The notes below the pieces were generated by a model, which worked only from the letters and a program-made list of their open reading frames with translations, was not told the origin of the DNA and searched no databases. A program made the position numbers and the translations under genes. From contig OY970343.1 in NCBI GenBank assembly GCA_963717525.1, positions 1,728,001 to 1,792,000 on the forward strand: a stretch of 64,000 nucleotides of DNA, written 5' to 3'. The stretch is from an uncultured Methanoregulaceae archaeon. Its GTDB lineage: Archaea > Halobacteriota > Methanomicrobia > Methanomicrobiales > Methanospirillaceae. This document shows, in pieces, positions 32,088-44,106 of this stretch. Numbering within the stretch: position 1 is the stretch's first letter; each line of letters begins with the position of its first letter.

Positions 32088-34283
32088 TTATACGGACAGG
32101 TAATCCGACGGGGTGGGCATCTGTTCTTTCAGGCCCTTTCTCTTGCGGATCGCAACGACGACTTCTTTGACCATGTTGTTCGGGACCAGCTCGAATCCTG
32201 AGAACTCGGTGTTCCACATCGCACGGCCTTCGGTCGCGGACCGGATATCGCCGGCAAACCCGAAGAGCTCGGCAACCGGGGCTTTCCCGACCACCGTGAT
32301 TGTGTCACCCTCGCTCTGCATATCGAAGACCTGCCCGCGCCGTCCCTGGATCTGGGAGGTCGCGGCGCCCATCTGGTCGAGCGGGACCGTGATCTGGATC
32401 TTCTGGACCGGCTCCAAGAGCGAATCGCCGGCGATTAGCATACCGCCCTTAATTGCGCCACGCACTGCCGGGATGACCTGTGCCGGGCCACGGTGGATAG
32501 CATCTTCGTGCAGCTTGACATCAACCAGTGTCATCTTGAGGTTCTGGACCGGCTCGTCGGCAAGCGGGCCTCCTGCCAGTGCCTCGTTGATACCCTCGAT
32601 GATCAGTTCCATCGTCTCGTTGAGGTACTGGACACCTTTGGTCATATCAAAGAGCATATTCGTACCCTTGATATGCTTGACATTCTTTGCCTCGTCCTTG
32701 TTCATGCCGGCCTTGAGAAGCACGTCACGGCGCTCGATCGCCGGCTGGTTCATCGACACTTCACCGGCCTTAATCAGGTTGACGATCTCGTCGGGAAGGG
32801 GCTCGAGGTCGAAGTAGAACCGGTTGTGCCGGTTCGGGGACTTGCCTTCGACCGATTCCACCTTACCGGTGACGGTCTCACGGTACACCACGATCGGTTC
32901 GGAGGTGATGATCTCGACACCCTTGTCGCGCTTGATACGGCCCGTGACAATCTCGAGGTGCAGCTCGCCCATACCGGAGATCAGGTGCTCGCCCGTCTCC
33001 TCGTTGATGGCGATGCCGAGCGTCGGGTCTTCCTTTGCCACCTGCCGCAGCACTTCAACGAGCTTGGGCAGGTCCTTCATGTTCTTTGCCTCGACCGCCA
33101 CGGTCATGACCGGTTCCGAGTAGTGCTTGAGAGACTCGAACGGCGCCATCTCCATGAGGGTGGTGACCGTGGATCCGACACTCGCGTCCCGGAGACCAGT
33201 GACTGCCGCGATGTTCCCCGCGACAATCTCCTCGACCTCGACACGCTTCGGGCCCATGAAGATACCAACCTGCTGGAGCCGGTTCTCTTTTTTTGCGGAA
33301 CCCATGACGTAGAGGCTGTCACCCCGCTTCAGGCTCCCGGAGAAGAGACGCCCGGTGGCCACTTCGCCCGCGTGGGGGTCGAACGAGATATCGGTGACCA
33401 TCAGCCCGACCGGGCCGGTCGCGTCGCAGCTGATCATCGCCTTTCCTTCCTTGGACTCCTTGTCACCGTGCCAGATAACCGGGATACGGCGCTTCTGTGC
33501 GACAAGCGGATCCGGGAGGTGGTGCACGACCATGTCGAGCACGACTTCGTAGAGCGGGCTGTTCTTCGCGAGGTACTTCATGTCACCGGAACGGCACTTC
33601 TCGTACACGTCCTTGAACGAGACGCCGCTCTTTTTCATGTACGGCACCGAGATAGCCCAGTTGTAGAGCGCGGACCCGAAGGCAACCGTACCCTGCGAGG
33701 CATCGAGCTTCCAGCCGTTATTGTAGGACTCCTCGTTCATGCCCTTGATGAGCTTGTTGACCTTGTCAATGACTTTCCCGAGCCGGATCTGCATCTCGGT
33801 CTCGTCGACCTTGAGCTCGTTGACCAGCCGGTCCACCTTGTTGATGAAGAGGACCGGGCGGACCTGCTCCTTCAATGCCTGCCGGAGTACGGTCTCGGTC
33901 TGGGGCATCGTACCCTCGACCGCATCGACGAGCACGACTGCGCCGTCGACCGCACGCATCGCACGCGTCACGTCGCCACCGAAGTCCACGTGGCCCGGCG
34001 TATCGATCATGTTGATCAGGTAATCATTGCCCTCGAACTCGTGGACCATCGAAACGTTTGACGCATCGATGGTGATCCCCCGGGCCTGCTCTTCTGCATC
34101 CGAATCCATGAAGAGCTGCTTACCCGCAAGTTCCTCGGAGATAATACCGGCACCCGCAAGCAAGTTATCGGACAGGGTGGTTTTGCCGTGGTCGATATGC
34201 GCCACGATACCGATGTTTCTGATGTGCTTGGGGTCCTTCATGAGCTCGACTACGCGCTCTACCGTTTTTTTGCCTCGTGCCAT
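32088..34283 (-). CDS. fusA: Archaeal elongation factor EF-2
   Basis: [21 protein letters not shown], diphthamide loop [12 protein letters not shown]. Confidence 0.99.
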   Translation of the reverse strand: MARGKKTVERVVELMKDPKHIRNIGIVAHIDHGKTTLSDNLLAGAGIISEELAGKQLFMDSDAEEQARGITIDASNVSMVHEFEGNDYLINMIDTPGHVDFGGDVTRAMRAVDGAVVLVDAVEGTMPQTETVLRQALKEQVRPVLFINKVDRLVNELKVDETEMQIRLGKVIDKVNKLIKGMNEESYNNGWKLDASQGTVAFGSALYNWAISVPYMKKSGVSFKDVYEKCRSGDMKYLAKNSPLYEVVLDMVVHHLPDPLVAQKRRIPVIWHGDKESKEGKAMISCDATGPVGLMVTDISFDPHAGEVATGRLFSGSLKRGDSLYVMGSAKKENRLQQVGIFMGPKRVEVEEIVAGNIAAVTGLRDASVGSTVTTLMEMAPFESLKHYSEPVMTVAVEAKNMKDLPKLVEVLRQVAKEDPTLGIAINEETGEHLISGMGELHLEIVTGRIKRDKGVEIITSEPIVVYRETVTGKVESVEGKSPNRHNRFYFDLEPLPDEIVNLIKAGEVSMNQPAIERRDVLLKAGMNKDEAKNVKHIKGTNMLFDMTKGVQYLNETMELIIEGINEALAGGPLADEPVQNLKMTLVDVKLHEDAIHRGPAQVIPAVRGAIKGGMLIAGDSLLEPVQKIQITVPLDQMGAATSQIQGRRGQVFDMQSEGDTITVVGKAPVAELFGFAGDIRSATEGRAMWNTEFSGFELVPNNMVKEVVVAIRKRKGLKEQMPTPSDYLSV

Positions 34284-34306
34284 AAAATAACCTCAAAAAA
34301 GATGTT

Positions 34307-34928
34307 TTACCGGGCGGATTTTGCAATCCGCTCTTTTTCTTCCTTTTTCCCGACCGAGTAACATTTTGCGTCGCCTTTGGAGGCTGCAATCAGTTCATCG
34401 GCAAGGATCGCGCTTGCGGGCTTCTTGCTCTTGCGCGAGGACTTCAGGACTGCCTCGGCGATGAACCCGATGGCGGAGTCGACACGGCGCATGGGGGAGG
34501 TGTCGACGGATTTCGGAACGTTGATGCCACCGTATTTCAGGCGGACTGTCTCTTCCCGGGGACCGGTGTTGCCGATTGCCTCGACAAGCACTTCAATCGG
34601 GTTTCTCTTGGTCTTCTTGTTGATGAGCTCGAATGCATCCCGCACAATCCTTATTGCCAGCTCCTTCTTGCCGGTGTTATTCTCGGTCTGCATCAGGCCG
34701 TTGATCAGCCGCTCGACAATCATCATATTGGCCTTATTGAACTCCTGGCGTGAGTACTTGCCACAGGAATGGGGGATGATCTGGGGGGTGAGATTGACAT
34801 ACCGGATAAGGCTCGGATCGGTCACCCTGACCTCGGATACATCCCATTTGTTGAAGAGCAGTTTCTTTGCCTGTGGCTTTGCCTCGGTTGCAGCTTCAGT
34901 TTTTACTTTTGCTTCTGCTTCAGCCATC
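34307..34928 (-). CDS. rps7: 30S ribosomal protein S7
   Basis: LFNKWD, IVERLIN, GPREET..KYGG, KEEKERIAKSAR. Confidence 0.98.
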
Positions 34929-34932
34929 ACGA

Positions 34933-35361
34933 TCACCTGCGCGGTTTCTCTTTCCTACCGATGACCATCTCATGGAGGCAGACGTTGTTCACGCTCGTTA
35001 CGACGTACCGGACCCCCGGGATATCTCCCATGGACCGGCCCAGACGGCCGCCGATGCCCTCGATCTCGACTTCGTCGTGCTCATCGATGAAGTTAATGGC
35101 ACCGTCACCAACTGCAAACGCGGTTACCTGACGGCCGTTCTTGATGAGCTGGACGCGCACGCATTTCCGGATCGCCGAGTTGGGCTGCTTAGCCTCGACA
35201 CCGACTTTCTCGAGCACGATACCCCTCGCCTGTGGAGCGCCTTCCAGCGGATCCGACTTAACATCGAGGTTGAGTTCGCGGCGTGCGTAGTTCTTATCGC
35301 TCCACCGGAATTTTTTTGAGTCCCGAACCAGTTTTCTGGCTGCGAATTTACCCTGTCCCAT
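34933..35361 (-). CDS. rps12: 30S ribosomal protein S12
   Basis: [31 protein letters not shown]. Confidence 0.99.
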   Translation of the reverse strand: MGQGKFAARKLVRDSKKFRWSDKNYARRELNLDVKSDPLEGAPQARGIVLEKVGVEAKQPNSAIRKCVRVQLIKNGRQVTAFAVGDGAINFIDEHDEVEIEGIGGRLGRSMGDIPGVRYVVTSVNNVCLHEMVIGRKEKPRR

Positions 35362-35436
35362 TAAAGAGCCTCATTTCAGTTGTTTTTGTGGTTATCGATA
35401 ACCCACACTGAGATATATACTAAAGCGGGGAACCGA

Positions 35437-35444
35437 TTTATAAA
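35437..35444. promoter_or_regulatory. Candidate TATA box (TTTATAAA) between divergent rps12 and queD
   Basis: Palindromic archaeal TATA consensus in the intergenic region; direction not determinable. Confidence 0.4.
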
Positions 35445-35527
35445 TTGTGGCATCCGCCTGCCTGTCTTATTCTATTATCCCTGACTCATAATAATATTAT
35501 ATCCTCCTGCCGCCAAACTTAGGGGCA

Positions 35528-35932
35528 ATGACCGTCGCGATTTACAAGGAAGTCCAAATCGATGCGAGCCACCGGCTGCTCCATTACCAGGGGAAGTGCG
35601 CGAACCTCCACGGCCACCGCTGGAAGATCGAGGTGTGGATAGAGGGTGAGCCCGACGCGACGACCTGCATCCTACTTGATTACAACGTCATCAAGCTGGC
35701 CATCGGGAAGTACGACCACCAGATCATCCTCAACCGCGATGACCCCATGGCAGCCTGCATCGAAAAGTTCCAGCACGTGCTCACGACCCCGGGTGATCCT
35801 ACAAGCGAGCTGCTTGCGCGGATTTTCAAAGACGATCTCGATGCAATATGCAGGGCGCAGGGTATCGCGGCGCACGTAACGAAGATCCGGGTCTGGGAAT
35901 CGCCGAACTGTTATGCCGAGATCGCAGAATGA
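35528..35932 (+). CDS. queD: 6-carboxytetrahydropterin synthase
   Basis: DASHRL..Y.GKCANLHGH, DH..LN, PTSE, VWES. Confidence 0.92.
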   Translation: MTVAIYKEVQIDASHRLLHYQGKCANLHGHRWKIEVWIEGEPDATTCILLDYNVIKLAIGKYDHQIILNRDDPMAACIEKFQHVLTTPGDPTSELLARIFKDDLDAICRAQGIAAHVTKIRVWESPNCYAEIAE

Positions 35933-36537
35933 AGGTCGCCGAGATTTTTGAAAGCCTCCAGGGGGAGGGAAATAACCAGGGTAGGCCCTGCCTTTTTATC
36001 CGGCTTGCGGGCTGCAACCTGTCCTGCCGCTGGTGTGACACTGCGTACGCGCAGCAGGGCGGAACGGAGACGGACTGCAAAGTGGTCCTCGAACAGTGCT
36101 GGCGAAAGAACCCGCACCTGGTATGCATCACGGGCGGCGAGCCGCTGCTCCAGAAAGACGCTCTTCTCGACCTGCTCCCCTCCCTCTCCATGCGCGGGAT
36201 TGAAATCGAGATCGAGACAAACGGCACGATTGCATTTACCGAGCTGCAGCCGTACGCCTCCATCTGCATGGACGTCAAATGCCCCTCATCGGGGGAGGCA
36301 AGCGATCTTGCGCTCCTTGCTGCAATCCGTCCTGAAGACAGCGTGAAGTTCGTGGTCAGGGACGAGGAGGATTGCCGGTACGCACAGGACGTACTGGAGC
36401 GCCACCCGATCGCGGGCGGGATCTTCTTCTCCCCTGTGTACGGTGCCGATTATGGGCCCATCATCCGCTACATCCTCGATAACGACCTGCCGGTCCGGTT
36501 TCAGCTCCAGCTCCACAAGATCATCGGGATGAGATGA
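35929..36537 (+). CDS. queE: 7-carboxy-7-deazaguanine synthase (radical SAM)
   Basis: [37 protein letters not shown]. Confidence 0.94.
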   Translation: MKVAEIFESLQGEGNNQGRPCLFIRLAGCNLSCRWCDTAYAQQGGTETDCKVVLEQCWRKNPHLVCITGGEPLLQKDALLDLLPSLSMRGIEIEIETNGTIAFTELQPYASICMDVKCPSSGEASDLALLAAIRPEDSVKFVVRDEEDCRYAQDVLERHPIAGGIFFSPVYGADYGPIIRYILDNDLPVRFQLQLHKIIGMR

Positions 36538-37205
36538 TGAACGCGGTCTGTCTTCTCTCAGGAGGAATGGACTCGTCTACCCTTGCGTACCTGGTAAAGA
36601 GCAAAGGCTACAAGATCCTCGCCCTCCACGCGAACTATGGCCAGCGCACTGAGAAGAAGGAGCGGGCCTGTGCACAGAAGATCGCTTCACAGCTCGATGC
36701 GCGGGACTTCGTTGAGATCGATTTGAGGTATTTCCGGCAGTTCGGGGCGAGCAGCCTGACCGACGAAAAGATCGCGGTCGACCGGTACGACCCGGCCCGG
36801 GCGCACCTCCCCAATACCTATGTCCCGTTCCGGAACACAAACCTCCTTGCCATTGCCACCAGTTTTGCCGAGGCCCGCGGGGCGGATGCGATCTTCATCG
36901 GCGTGCAGGCGCTCGATTATTCCGGGTACCCCGACTGCAGGCCTGAATTTATCGATGCCTTCCGGAAGGTAATCACGCTTGGAACCCAGGAGACCACGCA
37001 TATTGAACTCTTCACACCCTTCATCAGTATGACAAAGATGGATATCCTGAAGCTCGGAACAGAGCTCCACGTCCCGTACGAGCACACGTGGTCCTGTTAC
37101 CAGAACGAAGAGGAGGCCTGCGGAACCTGCGGCTCGTGCCATTTCCGGCGCGAGGCATTTGCCGCGCTCGGGATGACCGATCCAATCCCGTACAAGGAGG
37201 AATGA
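36534..37205 (+). CDS. queC: 7-cyano-7-deazaguanine synthase
   Basis: LSGGMDS, YGQR, TYVPFRN, GYPDCR, TWSCY..CGTCGSC. Confidence 0.96.
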   Translation: MMNAVCLLSGGMDSSTLAYLVKSKGYKILALHANYGQRTEKKERACAQKIASQLDARDFVEIDLRYFRQFGASSLTDEKIAVDRYDPARAHLPNTYVPFRNTNLLAIATSFAEARGADAIFIGVQALDYSGYPDCRPEFIDAFRKVITLGTQETTHIELFTPFISMTKMDILKLGTELHVPYEHTWSCYQNEEEACGTCGSCHFRREAFAALGMTDPIPYKEE

Positions 37206-37702
37206 TGGAGATCTTCCGCGGCAGACGCCTCTGGATCGAGAAGTCGAATGTACGGTTCCCGAACGGTGTCGAAGCGGAGAAAATAATCGTACACCCCGGC
37301 AGCGCGGTTGCAATCCTGCCGGTCACACCAACTGGGTACAAGCTCCTGCGCCAGTACCGGTACGCTATCGGCCAGTACATCTACGAGGTGCCGGCCGGTA
37401 CCATGGAAGAGGGAGAGGATCCGCAGGAGACCGCGCACCGCGAGCTTATCGAGGAAGCAGGCGTTTCGGCAGGAACGATGATCCCCCGGGGTTTCATCTA
37501 CACCACGCCCGGTTATACTGATGAGAAGATCTGGCTCTTTGAGGCTCGTGACCTCTCACCCTCGGACGAATTTGAAAAAGACGCTGATGAGGTGATCGAA
37601 GTGATGGATGTTACCAGAAACACAACGGACGCGATGGTTGCAGACGGCACCATCTGCGATGCAAAGACGATCTGCCTAATCCACCGGTGCAGGGAGGGAT
37701 AA
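37202..37702 (+). CDS. NUDIX hydrolase (ADP-ribose pyrophosphatase-like)
   Basis: Nudix box [34 protein letters not shown]. Confidence 0.9.
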   Translation: MMEIFRGRRLWIEKSNVRFPNGVEAEKIIVHPGSAVAILPVTPTGYKLLRQYRYAIGQYIYEVPAGTMEEGEDPQETAHRELIEEAGVSAGTMIPRGFIYTTPGYTDEKIWLFEARDLSPSDEFEKDADEVIEVMDVTRNTTDAMVADGTICDAKTICLIHRCREG

Positions 37703-37704
37703 TC

Positions 37705-38594
37705 GTGCGAACTTTTCTTATCGCCGCCGGCCTGGCCTGCCTTCTCGTTCTCGCGATCTGTGCCGGCTGCACGAGCTCTTCCACACCTTCGTATTCTGTG
37801 GACAGCAACGGCATCCTCTCGGTCACCTGCGCACCGGTCACCACGAGCGAGACCGTGCTCTTTACAAACGAGACCTATACGGAATCACAAATCATCCTCC
37901 ATACCCAAACCGGTGACGTGACCACGTACCTGAGCTACCCGAAAGACCCAAAAGCCGTGCTGCTGTACCTGCCGGGAGCCGGGGAGAAGATCTCGGGGCA
38001 TGCAGAAAGGATGGTCACGTACGCGGCAGATGGGTATGCGTTCATGTTCCTCGATTACCGTGGCCGGGGCGGGGAGACGGCCGGCTACCCGTTCAACCCC
38101 AATACGGATTACGCGCTGTTCGAGAACAAGGAATGGCCTGAGTATTACCTGACTATCTGCGATGTCTCGTCAGCCCAAGCGATGCTTTCCACCCGGTTCG
38201 GGTCCCGGTCTACGCGGTAGGAGGCAGTAACGGCGGCCGGTACGCCGCAGTGGCAGCCGGCGTCGACAAGAACTTTGCCGGCTACATCGGGATCTCCACT
38301 GCGGACTGGGGGGTCAAAGAGTCAGTCATCGCACAGGGGGGATCGGGCGACATCCTCCGGTTTGCCGAATCACTAGAACCCAGCACCTACCTGCCGACGA
38401 TCTCCCCGCGCCCGGTCTGGATGTTCCACAACGCGACCGACCCGATCATCCCATTTGCCGATGGACAGGCCCTCTTTGCGACTGCCAACCAGCCCAAGAC
38501 CTTCACCGAGTTTAATGGCGACCATGGAATCAACCCGGATGTTGACAACCGGCTTATGGCCCTCTTGGCGCAAATTTATGGTACACAAGCGTGA
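37705..38594 (+). CDS. Secreted alpha/beta hydrolase lipoprotein; 1-nt deletion near 38201
   Basis: CAGC lipobox, DYRGRGG, GGSNGG nucleophile elbow in the shifted frame, DPIIP, DHG. Confidence 0.8.
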
Positions 38595-38630
38595 ATAGGT
38601 ACGAGCTTTAGGAGAGGCTGAAAACCGCTC

Positions 38631-39902
38631 ATGACAGAACCCGGGGAGATGGACGAGGCACGCAGGCGCTACGAGTTCAAAAAGACACTCGAAAAACTGG
38701 AGGCGCAGGAAGGGGACGGAACGGAGCTCATCACGCTCTACATCCCTCCCGACAAGCAGATCTACGATGTGACAGGCCAGCTCAAGGACGAGTTCGGCCA
38801 GTGCGCTAACATCAAGAGCAAGCAGACCCGGACAAACGTCCAGAGCGCCATCTCCTCTATCCTGTCAAGGCTCAAGTACTACAAGCGTCCACCCGCAAAA
38901 GGTATGGCGGTCTTTTGCGGTACCGTCAAGCTCTACGGCGACCGTACCGACCTCCAGTGCACGATCATCGAACCGCCCGAGCCCCTCAATCTCTACATGT
39001 ACCGGTGCAGCTCGAAGTTCGAGCTCGAGCCGCTCAAACAGATGCTTGAGGAAAAATATGTCTATGGGCTTCTCGTGCTCGACCGGCGCGAGGCGTACTG
39101 GGGATTCCTGCGCGGCAACCGTATCGAGCCGATCGGTGGTTCCACCTCCACAGTACCAGGCAAAATGCGAAAGGGCGGCCAGTCGGCGGCCCGGTTCGGC
39201 CGGCTCCGCGAGATTGCGATCAACGAGTTTTACACAAAAGTCGGCGAGCGTTCAAGTGCGATCTTTTTGGCCGAGAAGAACTTCTTCGAGCGTTTCAAGG
39301 GGCTGTTGATCGGTGGACCGAGCCCGACCAAAGAGGAGTTCGAGGCCGGAAATTTCCTTCACCACGAGGTCCAGAAAAAGATCATCGGACTCTTTGACGT
39401 CGCGTACACGAATGAAGACGGCCTGCCCGAGCTCGTTGACGCAGCAAAGGACGCCCTTTCGGGTATGGAGGTTGTCAAAGAGAAGTCCCTCATGGAACGG
39501 TTCTTAAAAGAACTGGTAAAAGACAATGGCCTTGCCGCTTACGGGGAGGAGAGCATCCGGAAAAACCTCGAGGTCGGAGCAATCGATACACTCCTCCTCT
39601 CTTCGAACCTGAGGAAGTCCCGGCTCAGGATAAAATGCCAGAGCTGCGACTATACCGAGGAGCGGACCGTGAGCATGCCGGTGGGAAAGACCGTGCGGGA
39701 CATCGAGCTTGGCACGTGCCCGAAGTGCACCGCACCGCTCGTCCTTGACGAGGAGATCGATATTATCGACGAGCTTGCGAAGCTCGCCGATAGCTCCAGT
39801 GCAAAAGTGGAGTTAATCTCAGACGATTTTGAGGAGGGATCTATCCTATTCTCAGCATTCGGGGGGATTGCCGCCATTCTCCGGTACAGGACGGGATATT
39901 GA
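38631..39902 (+). CDS. prf1: Peptide chain release factor aRF1
   Basis: NIKS, YRC, GGQS motifs; CxxC...CxxC mini-domain. Confidence 0.98.
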   Translation: MTEPGEMDEARRRYEFKKTLEKLEAQEGDGTELITLYIPPDKQIYDVTGQLKDEFGQCANIKSKQTRTNVQSAISSILSRLKYYKRPPAKGMAVFCGTVKLYGDRTDLQCTIIEPPEPLNLYMYRCSSKFELEPLKQMLEEKYVYGLLVLDRREAYWGFLRGNRIEPIGGSTSTVPGKMRKGGQSAARFGRLREIAINEFYTKVGERSSAIFLAEKNFFERFKGLLIGGPSPTKEEFEAGNFLHHEVQKKIIGLFDVAYTNEDGLPELVDAAKDALSGMEVVKEKSLMERFLKELVKDNGLAAYGEESIRKNLEVGAIDTLLLSSNLRKSRLRIKCQSCDYTEERTVSMPVGKTVRDIELGTCPKCTAPLVLDEEIDIIDELAKLADSSSAKVELISDDFEEGSILFSAFGGIAAILRYRTGY

Positions 39903-41575
39903 TGGTTTTTGATACCACGACAATGATTGCAAATGCATTGAAGGAATGCACGGGTACAGCAGACATCCAGCTCACCGACGGCGGGGAGCACGCGGATCTC
40001 GCATCAACCGTGGCGTTCTCCCTTGCAAAAGCAAAGAAACAGGCACCGGTAAAAATAGCGCAGGAGATCGCTGCCGCACTCAAAGACAACAAAGATCTCG
40101 CGGAGCAGGGTATCTCCGTCGAGGTGAAAGGCCCGTACATCAACTTCATCTTCGGGAGCGCGTACGTCAGTGCCACCCTCAAGGCCGCAACACAACCCGG
40201 CTACGGCTCTTTCCCGAAAAAGGAGACCCGGGTCGTACTCGAACACACGAGCGCGAACCCCAACGGTCCCCTCCACGTGGGACATATCAGGAACTCTATT
40301 ATCGGGGATACCCTTGCCCGGGCGTTCCGGAAGGCCGGCTACCGGCTCGAGGTCCAGTATTACGTCAACGATATGGGCCGGCAGATCGCCATCGTCGTGT
40401 GGGGTTTCGACCATCTCGAACACGCACATGCAGAAGGGGAAAAAGAGGACGCCCATATAGCCCGGGTCTACATTGCGGCAAACCGTGAGATCGAAAAAGA
40501 TCCCGATATCACCAAGCAGGTGGACACCCTCATGCAGCTTGTCGAGGGGGGAGATCTTGAGACCGTAAAAAAATTCCGTAGGGAAGTCTCCCGCTGTCTC
40601 GATGGTTTTGCAGTCACGATGAAGGCCCTCAACGTGAAGCATGATCGTTTTGTCTGGGAGAGTGACTTTATCAGGAACGGCGACACGAAAAGGGTCATCA
40701 GGAAGATCGAGAAACTCCCACAGGCCCGCACCGAAGAGAACCTGCTCGCGCTTGACCTTGAAGAGTTTGGCTTCAAGAACAAGTATGTGATCCGGCGGAG
40801 CGACGGGACCTCGGTCTACGCGGCCCGCGACCTCGCGTTCCATACCTGGAAGAGCGCGAACTTCGACCGGGTCATTGACGTACTCGGCGCCGACCACAAG
40901 CTGATCGGGGCGCAGCTCCAGTGCACCATGAAACTTCTCGGCGAGAAAGCCCCGGAGATCGTGCACTTCGAGTTTGTCTCGCTCCCCGAGGGCTCGATGA
41001 GCACCCGGGCAGGGAAGTTTGTCTCCGCCGACGACCTGATCACCGAGGTCACGAAACGTGCCTTTGATGAAGTGACCGCACGCCGGCCAGAACTTGACGA
41101 GGCAACCCGCAGGAGCATTGCAGGATCGGTCGCCCGGGCCGGCATCCGGTACGATATCGTGAAGATCTCGCCCGAGAAGAGCACGGTCTTTGACTGGAAA
41201 GAGGCCCTTGACTTCGAACGCCAGAGCGGGCCCTACATCCAGTACGCCCACGCCCGTGCGTGCAGCATCCTTGAAAAGGGCGGCGCCTTTGCCGAATGTT
41301 ATGATCTTGCGACAGAACAGGAGATCATTCTTGCAAAGAAGATCGCAAAGTTCCCCGGTGTCATTGAAAAAGTGGTCACCGAGCTCCGCCCTCACCTCCT
41401 TGCCACCTATGCCCACGAACTGGCCGACATTTTCAACACGTTCTACCACTACGAACCGGTCCTCAAAAGCGAGGGGAATGTGAGGGCCCGAAGGCTCACG
41501 CTCGTAAAGGCCGTACAGAACACCTTACAAGAGTCCCTCGAGACGCTCGGGATCGATGCCATCCGCACCATGTGA
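39902..41575 (+). CDS. argS: Arginine--tRNA ligase
   Basis: EHTSANPNGPLHVGHIRN, MSTRAG, GPYIQYAHAR. Confidence 0.98.
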   Translation: MVFDTTTMIANALKECTGTADIQLTDGGEHADLASTVAFSLAKAKKQAPVKIAQEIAAALKDNKDLAEQGISVEVKGPYINFIFGSAYVSATLKAATQPGYGSFPKKETRVVLEHTSANPNGPLHVGHIRNSIIGDTLARAFRKAGYRLEVQYYVNDMGRQIAIVVWGFDHLEHAHAEGEKEDAHIARVYIAANREIEKDPDITKQVDTLMQLVEGGDLETVKKFRREVSRCLDGFAVTMKALNVKHDRFVWESDFIRNGDTKRVIRKIEKLPQARTEENLLALDLEEFGFKNKYVIRRSDGTSVYAARDLAFHTWKSANFDRVIDVLGADHKLIGAQLQCTMKLLGEKAPEIVHFEFVSLPEGSMSTRAGKFVSADDLITEVTKRAFDEVTARRPELDEATRRSIAGSVARAGIRYDIVKISPEKSTVFDWKEALDFERQSGPYIQYAHARACSILEKGGAFAECYDLATEQEIILAKKIAKFPGVIEKVVTELRPHLLATYAHELADIFNTFYHYEPVLKSEGNVRARRLTLVKAVQNTLQESLETLGIDAIRTM

Positions 41576-42461
41576 CGCCCGGAGAAAACAGGGCTACCTC
41601 TTTTTTTCGCCAGCGTCGTCTGCTGCCCTCAAGCCGTGCCTCTGGTGCAAACGGGCCCTTACCGGCGGCGAGATGTGTTACAAGCACCAGTTCTACGGGA
41701 TCGACAGCCACCGCTGTGTCCAGATGACCCCCACCCTGCGCTGCAACCAGCGCTGCCTCTTCTGCTGGCGCTCGTTTGAGCACGAAGTGGCCGATGAGGT
41801 GGAGTGCCTACCGGAGACGATCCTTGCCGGCATAAAGAAACTCCAGAAAAAGGCGCTTGCCGGGTACAACGCGGTGCTCGATAACACCGTAACCGAAGAG
41901 CGCTGGCAGGAAGCGCTGGCACCCCGGCATGTGGCGATCTCCCTCTCAGGAGAGCCCACCCTCTACAGCAGGCTCCCGGAACTTGTCGATCTCTTCAACG
42001 CAAGCGGGTACACCACCTTTGTCGTCAGCAACGGTACGAATCCCGGCGTGCTCGCCCGGTGCCGGCCCTTCCAGCAGTATGTCTCGCTCAATGCGCCAAA
42101 TACGGAGATCTACGAAAAGACCTGCCGGCCCATGGGCGATGCAGAAGAATTCTGGAGCCGCATCATGGAAAGTCTCGCGCAGCTCCGGGCGAAGAGGTCG
42201 GCCGTGCGGATCACGCTTGTTTCCGGCCTCAATGATACGGACCCGCAGGGGTATGCCCGGCTCCTGCAGGACGCGGGGGCCACCTTTGTCGAGGTGAAGG
42301 GATACATGTATCTGGGATACAGTAGAAACCGTTTGCAACGGAACAACATGCCGGAACACGAGCAGGTGCGGGACTTTGCAGAAAGAATAGCCGCATCGTG
42401 CGATTATAAGATCCGGGATGAAAACCCCTTAAGCAGGGTCATCTGCATGGAGCGTGTGTAA
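41556..42461 (+). CDS. taw1: 4-demethylwyosine synthase (radical SAM, Tyw1/Taw1)
   Basis: CYKHQFYGIDSHRC, CNQRCLFCWR, AISLSGEPTLY, EVKGYM. Confidence 0.95.
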   Translation: MPSAPCDARRKQGYLFFSPASSAALKPCLWCKRALTGGEMCYKHQFYGIDSHRCVQMTPTLRCNQRCLFCWRSFEHEVADEVECLPETILAGIKKLQKKALAGYNAVLDNTVTEERWQEALAPRHVAISLSGEPTLYSRLPELVDLFNASGYTTFVVSNGTNPGVLARCRPFQQYVSLNAPNTEIYEKTCRPMGDAEEFWSRIMESLAQLRAKRSAVRITLVSGLNDTDPQGYARLLQDAGATFVEVKGYMYLGYSRNRLQRNNMPEHEQVRDFAERIAASCDYKIRDENPLSRVICMERV

Positions 42462-44045
42462 ATGAGATTCAACCCGCAGGACTGGAAAGAAAAATCCCAC
42501 TCTAACTTCGAAGGCGCATGGCACGAGGGTCCGTCCGTGGTCACCCCGCCCGGGGGAGACAAGAAATACCCCCGCGTCCGGTACACACGGGCGCAGGAGC
42601 ACCCGATCTTTGCCACCGTCAACCGGCTGCGTGAGATCTACCTCTCGATGGGTTTCGATGAGTGCGAGAACCCGGTGATCGTCGAGGAGAGCGATATCTA
42701 CCGGCAATTCGGCCCTGAGGCGATGGCTGTGCTCGACCGGGTATTCTATATCGGCGGCCTGCCGCGGCCAAATGTAGGGATCGCACGCGCCCAGATCGAT
42801 GCAATCAATGAGATCCTCAAAAAAACCATGCCGGCTGCGACCGAGGAGAAACTCCGCGAGACCCTCCATGCGTACAAGAAATCGGAGATCGATGGTGACG
42901 AGCTGACACACGAGCTGGCAAACGTCCTCGACACCGATGATGGGAACGTGGTTCATATCCTTGACGCAGTATTCCCGGAGTTCAAGGCCCTGGTGCCCGA
43001 ATCCTCGCGCAGCACACTTCGCAGCCATATGACCAGCGGCTGGTTCATGACGCTTGGCTCCATCTGGGAGCGCACGCCTCTGCCAATAAAACTTTTCTCT
43101 GTCGATCGCTGCTTCCGGCGCGAACAGGCAGAGGGGCCAACACGGCTCATGACCTACCACTCCGCGTCCTGTGTGGTCGCGGGAGAGGATGTTACCATTG
43201 AAGACGGCAAAGCCGTGAGCGAGGCGCTTCTGTCCGCGTTTGGGTACAAGGATTTCCGGTTCCAGCCAGACGAGAAGCGCTCCAAGTACTATATGCCGGA
43301 CTCTCAGACCGAAGTCTATGCAAAGCACCCGGTGCACGGCTGGGTGGAAGTGGCGACCTTCGGCATGTACTCCCCATCTGCTCTCGGCGAATATGGGATC
43401 GGTGTCCCGGTCATGAACCTCGGTCTTGGCGTAGAACGGCTTGCGATGATCGCGTATAATGCAAACGATGTCCGGCAGCTCTCATACCCCCAATTCTTCC
43501 CCCACCTGACAAATGACCGGGAGATCGCGCGTGCCGTGCACTTCAAAGAGGAGCCGGTCACTGTCGATGGAAAAGCGCTCGCGCGTGCCATTGCACAGGT
43601 TGCGACTGCCAATGCAACGGCCCAAGGTCCCTGCTCCTTTGATGTATGGGAAGGCACCCTGTACGGCAGGCACGTAAAGGTGACCGTAGAGGAGACCGAA
43701 GCGAATGCGAAACTCTGCGGGCCGGCCTGCGCAAACGAGATCTTCGTGCATGAAGGAAGCATCCTCGGCGTCCCCGATGCGGATAAATGGAAAGACGTGC
43801 GCACCCAGGGTGTCCCGACCGGTATCTCATACCTTGGCGCCGCCTCCGCTTTTGCGGCAGCGGAGATCGAACAGGCAGCCCGGTGCGGGAAGGGGACTCT
43901 CGTGCAGGTCAAGATGGCAAAGCATCCCAGCGACATCAACCTCAGGATAGAAGAGTACGCAATGCGGGCAATTACGGATACCAAGAAGAAAGTCGATGTC
44001 CGGGGCCCGGTCTTCCTTGCAGTCAGGTCGCAGGTAACTGAATAA
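42462..44045 (+). CDS. sepS: O-phosphoserine--tRNA(Cys) ligase
   Basis: [39 protein letters not shown]. Confidence 0.97.
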   Translation: MRFNPQDWKEKSHSNFEGAWHEGPSVVTPPGGDKKYPRVRYTRAQEHPIFATVNRLREIYLSMGFDECENPVIVEESDIYRQFGPEAMAVLDRVFYIGGLPRPNVGIARAQIDAINEILKKTMPAATEEKLRETLHAYKKSEIDGDELTHELANVLDTDDGNVVHILDAVFPEFKALVPESSRSTLRSHMTSGWFMTLGSIWERTPLPIKLFSVDRCFRREQAEGPTRLMTYHSASCVVAGEDVTIEDGKAVSEALLSAFGYKDFRFQPDEKRSKYYMPDSQTEVYAKHPVHGWVEVATFGMYSPSALGEYGIGVPVMNLGLGVERLAMIAYNANDVRQLSYPQFFPHLTNDREIARAVHFKEEPVTVDGKALARAIAQVATANATAQGPCSFDVWEGTLYGRHVKVTVEETEANAKLCGPACANEIFVHEGSILGVPDADKWKDVRTQGVPTGISYLGAASAFAAAEIEQAARCGKGTLVQVKMAKHPSDINLRIEEYAMRAITDTKKKVDVRGPVFLAVRSQVTE

Positions 44046-44106
44046 TCTTTTTTCCCCGAAAAGGAGGTTCAGCCCTCAGGATGAACGGGTATTACCTGCC
44101 CGGTCA

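Noticed and set aside
32493..34061. Long antisense ORFs (also 40004-41449, 42429-43337, 59542-60570, most of 23462-24676)
   Set aside because: Shadows of well-conserved genes with GC-rich codons; no recognisable motifs, apart from the SDR fragment reported separately
35528..37205. 7-deazaguanine DNA modification (dpd) system
   Set aside because: No DpdA/TGT-like or other dpd genes nearby; the context is tRNA and translation genes, consistent with archaeosine precursor synthesis
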